64,000 bases of DNA from Actinomycetota bacterium (GTDB lineage: Bacteria; Actinomycetota; Thermoleophilia; Gaiellales; F1-60-MAGs149). Below the pieces are notes generated by a model. That model had not been told where the DNA came from. It was given only the letters and a program-made list of their open reading frames with translations, and did not search any database. Positions 47,414-55,551 of the stretch are shown piece by piece; the stretch's first letter is position 1, and every line of letters begins with the position of its first letter. The position numbers were made by a program, and so were the translations under genes. The DNA lies in the NCBI GenBank assembly GCA_026392355.1, contig JAPLCF010000030.1:522259-586258 (forward strand), given 5' to 3'.

Positions 47414-48439
47414 TTGGCTTCCTTCACCCGACCGCTGACCACGCCGACTCCGTCGGCCGCGCCCTCCGGCGCTCGCAGCGATGCCGTCTTCCGCGGGCTC
47501 GTGATCGCGATCTCGGCCTTCATGCTGATCGTGATCGGCGCAATCGCCATCTTCGTCTTCTACACCGGCTGGCCGTCCTTCTCTGCCAACGGCCTGAGTT
47601 GGTTCGGCACCGGCGATCAGCCGCTGGACGTGCAGCTCGGCAACTCGTTCCTCGGCGATCCGGAAACCGGTGAGCCCTCCACCGTGCTCAACGCCTGGCC
47701 GGCAATTCTCGGCACGCTGCTGACCACCGGCGGCGCGTTGCTCCTCTCGTTCCCCTTCGCGCTCCTCGGTGCCATCTTCATCGCTGAGCTGGCCCCCAAG
47801 CGCCTCGCCGCGATCCTCGACCCGATCGTGACCATCCTGGCCGCGACGCCGTCCGTGATCTACGGCCTCTTCGCCATCTTGGTCCTGGCTCCGCGGATCG
47901 AGCGCAATTTGATCCCGCAGGAGCAGGCAGAACAACTTTCGGCTGTCGTCACGTTGACGGGCGCCAACGTCCTGCTCGGCATCCTCGTCCTGTCGCTGAT
48001 GATCGCACCGCTGATGATCGCGATCTTCGCTGACGCCCTGCGCGCCGTCCCGATCAAGTGGAAGGAGGGCGCGATTGCGCTCGGCTGCGACGAGTGGCGC
48101 ATGACGCGCCGCGTCTCGCTCCGCGCGATTCGCCCCGCGCTCGTCGCCGGCACCACCCTCGCCATGGGCCGGGCCGTCGGCGAGGCGATCGCGCTGTCGA
48201 TGGCGACCGGCTCGATCGGCTTCGTCCCCAACCCGCTCGACGGGTACTTCTTCTTCCTCGAGCCCGTGCGCACGATGGCCTCGTCGATCGTCGACTATTC
48301 CGAGGGCTTCGAGTCGCCTGAGTTGAAGGCGAACCTGTTCGCCTTCGGCGTGATTCTGCTGATTACGACGGCTGCCCTCACGATTGGAGCCAAGATCGCG
48401 TCGCGGTCGGCCGAGCGTCGCCTCGGAGGCGGTCAGTAA
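47414..48439 (+). CDS. pstC: phosphate ABC transporter permease PstC
   Basis: 341-aa polytopic protein. PstC-like motif DALRAVPIKWKEGAIALGCDEWRMTRRVSLRAIRPALVAGT. TTG start in the ORF track. Confidence 0.88.
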   Translation: MASFTRPLTTPTPSAAPSGARSDAVFRGLVIAISAFMLIVIGAIAIFVFYTGWPSFSANGLSWFGTGDQPLDVQLGNSFLGDPETGEPSTVLNAWPAILGTLLTTGGALLLSFPFALLGAIFIAELAPKRLAAILDPIVTILAATPSVIYGLFAILVLAPRIERNLIPQEQAEQLSAVVTLTGANVLLGILVLSLMIAPLMIAIFADALRAVPIKWKEGAIALGCDEWRMTRRVSLRAIRPALVAGTTLAMGRAVGEAIALSMATGSIGFVPNPLDGYFFFLEPVRTMASSIVDYSEGFESPELKANLFAFGVILLITTAALTIGAKIASRSAERRLGGGQ

Positions 48440-49359
48440 TGCCGACCCGCCTGTCCGATCGCGTCGGCGTGGCCACGGCCTACGCCGCAGGCGGCGTGCT
48501 GATCATCGCCGTGACGGTCATCATGTCCTGGCTCGTTTGGCAGGGCATTGGCACGATCTCGTGGGACTTCCTGACCACCGGACCGGCGCCTGGCTCGCTC
48601 GAGCAGGGCGTGGCAGGTGGCATCCTGCCGGCGCTGGTCGGCACGCTGATCGTGATTATCTTCGGCATGCTCGTGGCCATCCCGCTCGGCTTGGGTGTGG
48701 CGATCTTCCTGACGGAGTACCGCCAGCCGAGCTGGCTGGCCAAGGGCACGGATACCGCGATCGACCTGATCTTCGGTGTGCCGTCGGTGGTCTTCGCGCT
48801 CTTCGGTCTGGCGATCTTCTCGCAGGGCTGGCTGGCGTGGTTGTCCAATCCGGTCGGCGACGCCGGCATGGCCACGGCGCAGTCGTTCTTCTGCGCCTCG
48901 CTGATGATGGCGCTGATTGGTCTACCTCCCGTCGTGCGCTCGAGCCAGGCGGCGATCATCGGTGTGCCCAACCAACAGCGCGAGGCGTCGTACGCGCTTG
49001 GCAAGGGCCGGCTCACCACGATCCGTCGCATCGTCGTGCCGGGCGCCCGCCCCGGCATCGCCACCGGCATCGTGCTTGGCATCGGCCGCATCGCCGGCGA
49101 TACGGCGATCGTCTGGATCCTGCTCGGCGGCGCCGTCCTGCAGTCGCCGCCGGACGGCTGGTACCTGCCCTGGAACCTGGTCGACTTCCTCCGCAGCGAA
49201 GGCTCGACCCTGACAACCTACATCTACTTCTCGTCCCCGGCCGGCGAAGGCAACTCGCCCGGTCCGGCGTACGGCGCGGCCTTCGTCCTGATGGTCGTGA
49301 TCCTCTTCGTCAATATCGCGCTGATTCGTCTGAGTCGGCGCAAGATCGGAAAGCGGTAA
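48439..49359 (+). CDS. pstA: phosphate ABC transporter permease PstA
   Basis: 306 aa; SSQAAIIGVPNQQREASYALGKGRLTTIRRIVVPGARPGIATG. Confidence 0.88.
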   Translation: MPTRLSDRVGVATAYAAGGVLIIAVTVIMSWLVWQGIGTISWDFLTTGPAPGSLEQGVAGGILPALVGTLIVIIFGMLVAIPLGLGVAIFLTEYRQPSWLAKGTDTAIDLIFGVPSVVFALFGLAIFSQGWLAWLSNPVGDAGMATAQSFFCASLMMALIGLPPVVRSSQAAIIGVPNQQREASYALGKGRLTTIRRIVVPGARPGIATGIVLGIGRIAGDTAIVWILLGGAVLQSPPDGWYLPWNLVDFLRSEGSTLTTYIYFSSPAGEGNSPGPAYGAAFVLMVVILFVNIALIRLSRRKIGKR

Positions 49360-50393
49360 TGGAGCCGATGGACACCCCGAGCAACGATCCCACCGACGAG
49401 CGCGCTGCCCGGCAGGAGTGGCGCCACGCGCACGACCGCACCTCCGACCTCCAGGCGGCCGGCAACCCGACCGACCCGACGATGGTGCCACCCGTAGCCA
49501 CCGCCGACGCCGAGCCCGCCGGCACGCAGGCCGCCCCGCCCGCAGCATCGACCGCCACCCCGGCCGCGGCACAGCCCACTGAGCGGATTGCGAAGTCGAT
49601 GACGGAGCACCCCGCCCACGTTCCGAATCCGTCGGACCTCGTGCTCGCCATCCGTGGGCTCCGCGTGGCGTTTAGTGGCAACGAGATCCTGCACGGCGTC
49701 GACATTGACGCGCCACGCGGCGCTGTCGTGGCCCTCGTCGGCCCGTCTGGGTGCGGCAAGACCACGCTGCTGCGCAGCATCAATCGTCTGACGGAACTCG
49801 CACCCACCGCCAGCATTAACGGCGAGATCCAGCTCGACGGGCAGAACGTCTACGACCGCGGCACCGATCTCAACCTGCTGCGCCGTCGTATTGGCATGGT
49901 CTTCCAGCAGCCAAACCCCTTCCCGATGACGATCTTTGACAACGTCGCCTTTGCCATGCGCGAGCAGGCCAAGACGCGTCCGTCGCGCTCCTCCCTGATG
50001 CCCGCGGTGCAGGACGTGCTCCAGCGCGCCGGCCTGTGGGACGAGGTCAAGGACAACCTTGATCGCAATGCCCTGTCGCTGTCGGGCGGCCAGCAGCAGC
50101 GTCTGTGCATCGCGCGTACGCTCGCGGCCAACCCCGAGGTGATTCTGATGGACGAGCCGTGCTCGGCGCTCGATCCGCGCTCGACGGCGCGCATCGAGGA
50201 GCTGATCATCCAGCTTGCCGGGTCGCTGACCGTCGTGATCGTCACGCACAACCTCGCGCAGGCCAAGCGCATCGGCGACTACGCCGCGTACCTGCTCAAC
50301 GGTGACGTGATCGAGCAGGGTCTCGCGCGCAAGGTGTTTGAGGACCCGGATCAGCAGTCGACTCGGGACTTCGTCTCGGGCATGTTCGGGTAA
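49359..50393 (+). CDS. pstB: phosphate ABC transporter ATP-binding protein PstB, possibly with an ~80-aa N-terminal low-complexity extension
   Basis: Core: [55 protein letters not shown]. One ATG at 49359 overlaps the pstA stop (TAATG). The conventional-length start would be the ATG at 49599 (MTEHPAHV). Confidence 0.9.
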   Translation: MEPMDTPSNDPTDERAARQEWRHAHDRTSDLQAAGNPTDPTMVPPVATADAEPAGTQAAPPAASTATPAAAQPTERIAKSMTEHPAHVPNPSDLVLAIRGLRVAFSGNEILHGVDIDAPRGAVVALVGPSGCGKTTLLRSINRLTELAPTASINGEIQLDGQNVYDRGTDLNLLRRRIGMVFQQPNPFPMTIFDNVAFAMREQAKTRPSRSSLMPAVQDVLQRAGLWDEVKDNLDRNALSLSGGQQQRLCIARTLAANPEVILMDEPCSALDPRSTARIEELIIQLAGSLTVVIVTHNLAQAKRIGDYAAYLLNGDVIEQGLARKVFEDPDQQSTRDFVSGMFG

Positions 50394-50398
50394 CGTCG

Positions 50399-51178
50399 AT
50401 GCGTCGTCTGCTGCCCGCACTCCTGCTCGTGCTCGTCGCTGCGATCGCCACGGCGGGCTGCGAGAGCACCTTCGACAAGGCGGCCAAGTTGCGCGCCGAG
50501 CAGGGCACGATTGCCGAGGTCGAGGCAGTCGACGTTGAGCAGACGCAGGGCATCACCGCAGAGACCCTCGCCATTATCCCGTCGGCCGATGGGCTGATGG
50601 CCGCCGTCGTGATCGAGGTCTCCTCCACGGGCCCGGGTCTGCTGTGGGCACCGATTGAGGTCAAACTCCTCGACAGTGCGGGCAACGAGGTCGGCACGAA
50701 CAACGTGCCCGGCGCCGATCCCACGCTGATCCACCTGCCCTCGCTGGCGCAGGGTGAGAAGGCCCTCTACGTGAATGACCAGATCGCGATTACCGGCACG
50801 CCGACCGAGGCGAAGGTGACCGTCGCTGGCGCCCCCGTCACCGCCCCGCTGCTACCCGGACTGGCCGTGACAGACCAGGTAGTCACCGAAGACCCTTCGT
50901 TCGGCACGACATGGACCGCAACCGTCACGAACAACACCGAGGCGCGGCAGCAGCAGGTGATCGTGCAGGCCATCCTCCGTGACGGCAAGACCATTACCAG
51001 CGCCGGCATCGCAATCGTGGCTGGCCTGGATCCTGGTGCCTCCGCCGAGGTGCAGGGGTTCTTCCTGGGCACGAACAAGGGCGAGCTCGAGGTCTTCGCG
51101 CCCGCTGGCAACGCCGCCGACGGCTCTGGCGCACCGTCTCCGGAGCAGGCCGGCGACGCAACCGTCTCGATGGGGTAG
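50399..51178 (+). CDS. lipoprotein of unknown function
   Basis: Lipobox MRRLLPALLLVLVAAIATAGC. It starts 5 nt after the pstB stop. The mature part is Thr/Val/Ala-rich and looks beta-type. Confidence 0.65.
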   Translation: MRRLLPALLLVLVAAIATAGCESTFDKAAKLRAEQGTIAEVEAVDVEQTQGITAETLAIIPSADGLMAAVVIEVSSTGPGLLWAPIEVKLLDSAGNEVGTNNVPGADPTLIHLPSLAQGEKALYVNDQIAITGTPTEAKVTVAGAPVTAPLLPGLAVTDQVVTEDPSFGTTWTATVTNNTEARQQQVIVQAILRDGKTITSAGIAIVAGLDPGASAEVQGFFLGTNKGELEVFAPAGNAADGSGAPSPEQAGDATVSMG

Positions 51179-51220
51179 ACCGCTCGGGGGACACACCTGC
51201 GCGGTGATAGCCTGAGAGAC

Positions 51221-52543
51221 GTGCGGTTCCGCGTGCCTGTCCTCCTCTGCGCCCTCGTTGGCGCGCTCGCCCTTGCGTCCACCGCGTCTGCGGCGACGCT
51301 GGCGCAGAACCTCACGCGCGTCGGCGTGCCCGCCGCCACGAAGCAGGCCAATCTCGACTCCGTGGCGCGCGCCAAGTCGACCGCGAAGAAGCTGGGTGGT
51401 ACGCGTGCGCAGGCCATCAACGCCGTCGTCGCCAGCCTCACCAAGATGGCTGGACGCGCCGCGTTCACACCCGATCTGGCGCGGATCGCCTTCCTCGAGC
51501 TCGATAGCAACACCACGTACCTGTCGTCGCATGCGCTCCCGTCGTCTGGCACGCGCATCCGTATCGACGGTGTCGTGTACGAGAGCTATACGGGCCAGGG
51601 GCTGCGTATTCAGCCGCTCGGCACGTACTTCGCAATTCTCGAGCCGGGCCAGGGCATCGTGTCCGAAGGCGGTGTCGGCGTCGCGATGACGAGCGCCCAG
51701 AAGATCGTGTTGGCGGTCGGCGACAACAACGATCTCCCCTACCTCTTCCCCTACAGCGGCACGCAACCGCCGTGGTACAGCGCGATGGCCGAGGGCGTCG
51801 CTGCCTCCGCAGGCATCAGCGTGTGGAACCGCAACGGCGACGACCAGTATCTCGACATGGCGATCCGCTTTGGCAACTCCGCCCTCGCCGACGGCATCAC
51901 CGTCGAAAACAATGGTCTGTGGTTCCCGCTCTACGTCTCGAAGCCCGGCTATCGCGTCCTCAACGGGCACATGCAGACCGTCCTCGCGATGAGCGATCTG
52001 GCCGACGCCACGGGCGATGACGGCTTTGCCGATGCTTTCAACCGCAGTGTGGCCGCCACGAAGGCCGTTCTCCCGAAGTACAACACGGGCGGCTGGGGCC
52101 GCTACGCCATTGGCGAGGACGCGCCGGTCAAGTACATGACCTTGATGGCCACGCAGCTGAAGGAGCTTGGCGACATCACGGGCGATGCCACCTTTACCAC
52201 CATGGGCCAAGCCTTCGCCGCCGATCTCAAGACACCGCCGGTGCTGACGGGCCCCACCAAGCCCGTCAAGCCCCTGCAGCTGAAGAAGTTCAACGACAAG
52301 CCGTTCGTGAAGCTGCTGATCAAGCGCGACAAGCCCGTCAAGCTCACGATCCGCGTGACCAAGAAGGGCGGCGGCGCCTCCGGTATCGGCCCCTTCTCCG
52401 TCGACGTCGCCTCAGGGTCGGGTCGTATCAAGATCACGCTGCCCCGCAAGAAGGGCATGTACGTGATCCGCGCGGACGCGAAGGACTGGGCCGGCAACCG
52501 CGTGAAGAACGTGCTGCTGGCAGCCGTTCGCGTAAAGGGCTAG
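51221..52543 (+). CDS. secreted protein with a D-glucuronyl C5-epimerase C-terminal-like domain (tentative)
   Basis: Signal peptide MRFRVPVLLCALVGALALASTASA. The segment WYSAMAEGVAASAGISVWNR...LNGHMQTVLAMSDLADATGD...YNTGGWGRYA resembles the C5-epimerase C-terminal family as I remember it. Confidence 0.5.
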   Translation: MRFRVPVLLCALVGALALASTASAATLAQNLTRVGVPAATKQANLDSVARAKSTAKKLGGTRAQAINAVVASLTKMAGRAAFTPDLARIAFLELDSNTTYLSSHALPSSGTRIRIDGVVYESYTGQGLRIQPLGTYFAILEPGQGIVSEGGVGVAMTSAQKIVLAVGDNNDLPYLFPYSGTQPPWYSAMAEGVAASAGISVWNRNGDDQYLDMAIRFGNSALADGITVENNGLWFPLYVSKPGYRVLNGHMQTVLAMSDLADATGDDGFADAFNRSVAATKAVLPKYNTGGWGRYAIGEDAPVKYMTLMATQLKELGDITGDATFTTMGQAFAADLKTPPVLTGPTKPVKPLQLKKFNDKPFVKLLIKRDKPVKLTIRVTKKGGGASGIGPFSVDVASGSGRIKITLPRKKGMYVIRADAKDWAGNRVKNVLLAAVRVKG

Positions 52544-52590
52544 CGCCCCAGCACCGCACCGCGCGAACGGCTGCCAGCAGCACGTTCTTC
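52504..52590 (+). terminator. 29-bp perfect inverted repeat whose left arm is the last 9 codons of the upstream gene
   Basis: GAAGAACGTGCTGCTGGCAGCCGTTCGCG (52504-52532, coding KNVLLAAVR) pairs with CGCGAACGGCTGCCAGCAGCACGTTCTTC (52562-52590). The 29-nt loop contains the stop codon. Confidence 0.7.
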
Positions 52591-52607
52591 CCGCGGTGTG
52601 TCACGCC

Positions 52608-53090
52608 AAGGATCCGGGTCCATGTCAAGCGGTGTCCGTGAAGACATCAGCGGCGATTGCCTCCCCAGCCACGTGGGGACCCGGATCCATCCGCCCCTGA
52701 TCTCAAGGGAAGCTGATTCTGCAAAGGATCCGGGTCCATGTCCGGCGTTCCACGGCGAAGGCATCAGTGGCGATTGTCTCTCCAGGAACGTGGGGACCCG
52801 GATCCATCCACCTTGGACTGGGTGGATCATGAACTGGGTCGATCAGACCAGTCCACGCGCTGAGCGGACCCACTCAGAGCCAACCAGGGTGGATCCGGGT
52901 CCCCACGTGATTGACGAGACGAGGCGCCCCTGATGCCTCCTCGGAGATCTCCCGACATGGACCCCGATCCTTGAGACGATCAGATCACCATTCGATCAGC
53001 TTCGAAATGGATCCGGGTCCCTACGTGGCTGGTGAGGCAATCGCCACTGATGCCTTCGCCGTGGATCCCCGGACATGGACCCGGATCCTT
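52608..53090. repeat. repeat family 2: four ~85-bp units (two direct, two inverted) forming a ~480-bp composite palindrome
   Basis: Units lie at 52608-52692, 52724-52809 (+), 52888-52972 and 53006-53090 (-). Each is bounded by AAGGATCCGGGTCCATGTC and ACGTGGGGACCCGGATCCATCC, which are terminal inverted repeats of GGATCCGGGTCC. The inter-unit spacers are also related (GAAGCTGAT). Confidence 0.9.
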
Positions 53091-53122
53091 GAACGATGCC
53101 AACCAGCGGGATTCGGTCGGAT

Positions 53123-53185
53123 ATGGATGGTGCGGTGCGTATTGGCTAGCGCTGCGCGCTAGCCAATACGCACCGCACCATCCAT
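53123..53185 (-). terminator. 30-bp perfect inverted repeat whose right arm is the last 8 codons plus stop of the NlpC/P60 gene
   Basis: ATGGATGGTGCGGTGCGTATTGGCTAGCGC-tgc-GCGCTAGCCAATACGCACCGCACCATCCAT. The minus-strand reading of the right arm is MDGAVRIG followed by the stop. Confidence 0.7.
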
Positions 53186-54292
53186 GTCGGAGCGATCCGA
53201 CAGGCTCGACACTTTCACGACATCACCCGTCTGCGGCGCATGCACGTACTGACCGCCGCCGATGTAGATGCCGATGTGGCCAGAGCCATGGAAGGAGATC
53301 AAGTCGCCCGGCTCCAGCGCGTCCATTGGAACGGGCGTGCCCATGCTGTACTGCGCGGCAGCGTAGTGCGGGAGCGAGATGCCGGCTTGGCCGTAGGCCC
53401 ACGCGACGAGCCCGGAGCAGTCGAATCCGCCGGGAGCGCCACCGCCCCAGACGTACGGGGTACCGAGCTGGCCGAGCGCGATCGATGCCGCGGCGCCACC
53501 GGTAGTTGAGGACGGCGGCGGCTCAATGTACGTACCGACATCGGCACTGCCAGCGACGGAGCCGCCGAGCGTCAGGTCCTGATTCGCAGCCACGGCCTGG
53601 GCATCAGCGAGGATGCCGCCGGCAGCGGCTGCTGCCTGTGCGTCTGCGGCGCGCTGGGCGGCGAGGCGCTGGGCGAGGATGCCCTGGATTTCGGCGCTGA
53701 GCGAGTTGAGCAGGCGCTGACGCTCAGCGAGTGCTCCCTGAATCGATGCCTTCTCGGCCTCACGTTGCGCGAGGGCACCCTCACGCGTCGCGCGCTCGCT
53801 CTCCAGCGCATCCTCACGGCGCTTGACGTCATGCGCGTACGACCGCACGTCGGTCACAACCTGCTCGGCGTGCGACGTGGCGCGCTGCACGAAGCGCTGC
53901 TGGTCGACGAGCTGATCGATGGAGCCGGCGTTGAGCAACATGGCGACGAGATCGGGGTTGCCCTGGCGGTAGGCATCGACCAGCATCTGCGAGAGCTCTT
54001 GACGCGAGACGCGCAGGTTGTTCTTCGAGGCGCTCAGGAGTTTCTGGTTCTCGGCGATCTTGGCGTTCGTCTCGTCGAGCTGCAGCTGCGCTGCGTTGTA
54101 CTTCTCGGCGGCCGCGGCCACCTGATCGTTGAGCGACTGGAGCTCGACTTCGGCCTGATCGGCCTGCGCACGAGCTTCGGACAGGCGATCAGCCTGGGCA
54201 GCGCCAGGCGCAAAGCCGACGAAGAGGGCCACGGCGAACAGCGCGAGCAGCGCTGCAGCGGGCCGGAGGCGTGGTCTCCGAGGGTGCCGCAT
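53159..54292 (-). CDS. secreted coiled-coil NlpC/P60 (C40) peptidoglycan endopeptidase, RipA-like
   Basis: Signal MRHPRRPRLRPAAALLALFAVALFVGFAPGAAQA, a long coiled-coil, and a C-terminal LGTPYVWGGGAPGGFDCSGLVAWAY...GDLISFHGSGHIGIYIGGGQYVHAP. Confidence 0.88.
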   Translation of the reverse strand: MRHPRRPRLRPAAALLALFAVALFVGFAPGAAQADRLSEARAQADQAEVELQSLNDQVAAAAEKYNAAQLQLDETNAKIAENQKLLSASKNNLRVSRQELSQMLVDAYRQGNPDLVAMLLNAGSIDQLVDQQRFVQRATSHAEQVVTDVRSYAHDVKRREDALESERATREGALAQREAEKASIQGALAERQRLLNSLSAEIQGILAQRLAAQRAADAQAAAAAGGILADAQAVAANQDLTLGGSVAGSADVGTYIEPPPSSTTGGAAASIALGQLGTPYVWGGGAPGGFDCSGLVAWAYGQAGISLPHYAAAQYSMGTPVPMDALEPGDLISFHGSGHIGIYIGGGQYVHAPQTGDVVKVSSLSDRSDMDGAVRIG

Positions 54293-54348
54293 CTGCCCCC
54301 AAGGGTAGCAGCGGCCCGTGGGCGCGTTCTTGGGGCGGGCGTGACGCA

Positions 54349-55335
54349 TTACCCGAGGCGGACGAAGCCGTCGAGATCAGAGCGATCCGCGATCGAATGC
54401 ACGCGCACCACGTCACCGGCTTTTGTGGAGTGCACGTAGAGCCCATCCCCGAGGTAGATCCCGATGTGGCCCTGCCCGTGGAAGGAGACCAAGTCGCCGG
54501 GCTGCGCGGCGGCGCGGGTGACACGATGGCCCGCGTCCCAGATCTGCCACGACGAGCGCGGAATCGACTGTCCCGCCTGGGCGAAGGCCCAGTACAGGAG
54601 CCCCGAGCAGTCAAAGCCGCTTGCGGGCGAGTAGCCAGCCGCGCGATAGGGCGTGCCGAGCTGCGTGAGCGCAAAGGCCGCTGCGATCGCCCCCGGCCCC
54701 GAGGCGTCGGGGGTCGCTGGCGCGCCATCCAGCTGGCGCGCGAAGTCGGCGCCGTTGCCGCCACTGGCCGTCGGCGCTTCGAGCTGCACCGGTGCGAGCA
54801 GAACGGGCTCTCGAGCTGCGGCACGGCGTGCACGCGCCTGTCGCTGCCGCGTGCGATCGGCCTTCAGCACGCGCTGGCGCATCTTCAGCGACAGGCCGCC
54901 GAGGACGACGGCACGGCGTTGCTGCGCCTTGGCGACCAGCGTGGTGGTGTACGCGACGTCTTCGCGCAGGCCGGTGATCGTGCGCTCGAGCCCGACGCGG
55001 TTCTTCGTCACAGCCAGCATCGTCGTGGCCGCGCCGCCAACACCGGCCACAGGCGCGTCCTTCAGGGAGCCGCGGACGACATCCTCAAGACGGGAGACCT
55101 CACCGAGTTGCTGCGTGGCTGTCTGCAGTCGCGTTTGCGCGCGCGCAAGCTGCCGATGTGCGGCGATCGCCTGGGCATCCGTCGCGTGGACGGCGATGAC
55201 TGCGCGCTTGAACGCAGGCGCGCGATGCGTCTTCCAGCCAGCTGATGCAGGCGCAGCGATGATCATGAGAGCAACGACCAACAGCGCGAGAAGCGAAACC
55301 ACCGGCCGGAGCTGTGGGCTCCGTGTGTTCGACAT
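54349..55335 (-). CDS. secreted NlpC/P60 (C40) peptidoglycan endopeptidase, paralog
   Basis: From MSNTRSPQLRPVVSLLALLVVALMIIAAPASA; C-terminal LGTPYRAAGYSPASGFDCSGLLYWAF...GDLVSFHGQGHIGIYLGDGLYVHST. Confidence 0.85.
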   Translation of the reverse strand: MSNTRSPQLRPVVSLLALLVVALMIIAAPASAGWKTHRAPAFKRAVIAVHATDAQAIAAHRQLARAQTRLQTATQQLGEVSRLEDVVRGSLKDAPVAGVGGAATTMLAVTKNRVGLERTITGLREDVAYTTTLVAKAQQRRAVVLGGLSLKMRQRVLKADRTRQRQARARRAAAREPVLLAPVQLEAPTASGGNGADFARQLDGAPATPDASGPGAIAAAFALTQLGTPYRAAGYSPASGFDCSGLLYWAFAQAGQSIPRSSWQIWDAGHRVTRAAAQPGDLVSFHGQGHIGIYLGDGLYVHSTKAGDVVRVHSIADRSDLDGFVRLG

Positions 55336-55492
55336 TCGAGGGCTGAACGTACCAGCAATCTCCCGCCGCGTCGGGAAAAACCCCTGCAAACTGGTGGCAA
55401 TTGTCACACAATCGTCACGGATTTCCCGTAGCGAGCGGGATCGCACAATTGTTCGGATTTTGTGAGTGCGGCACGAGCCCGGCGATTCTGGC

Positions 55493-55539
55493 CCGAAAAC
55501 GACGAAGGGCCAGGTCGCCCGTAGGCAACCCGGCCCTTC
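55493..55539 (-). terminator. rho-independent terminator after the gabT-like gene
   Basis: On the minus strand: GAAGGGCCGGG..loop..CCTGGCCCTTC followed by GTCGTTTTCGGG. Confidence 0.7.
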
Positions 55540-55551
55540 GCGCACGCTGCT

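Noticed and set aside
45725-47935. 736-aa minus-strand ORF
   Set aside because: It is antisense to the secreted protein, pstS and pstC. Its translation is Arg/Gly/Asp-rich low-complexity sequence.
52540-53162. Small ORFs across the family-2 repeats (52540-52830 minus, 52598-52933 plus, 52911-53162 plus), and the possibility of a CRISPR array
   Set aside because: The ORFs are translations of repeat units. It is not a CRISPR array: the units are 85 bp with internal inverted termini, occur in both orientations, have irregular spacing (about 30-80 bp), the spacers are themselves related, and no cas genes are present.
55336-55551. c-di-AMP (ydaO-type) riboswitch upstream of the NlpC/P60 gene, common before cell-wall hydrolases in Actinobacteria
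   Set aside because: I looked on the minus strand for the conserved blocks I remember (GGGGACCC, GGGGUGAAUC, CAGCUAACCUCGUAAGC-like) and found none. A covariance-model scan would be needed to be certain.
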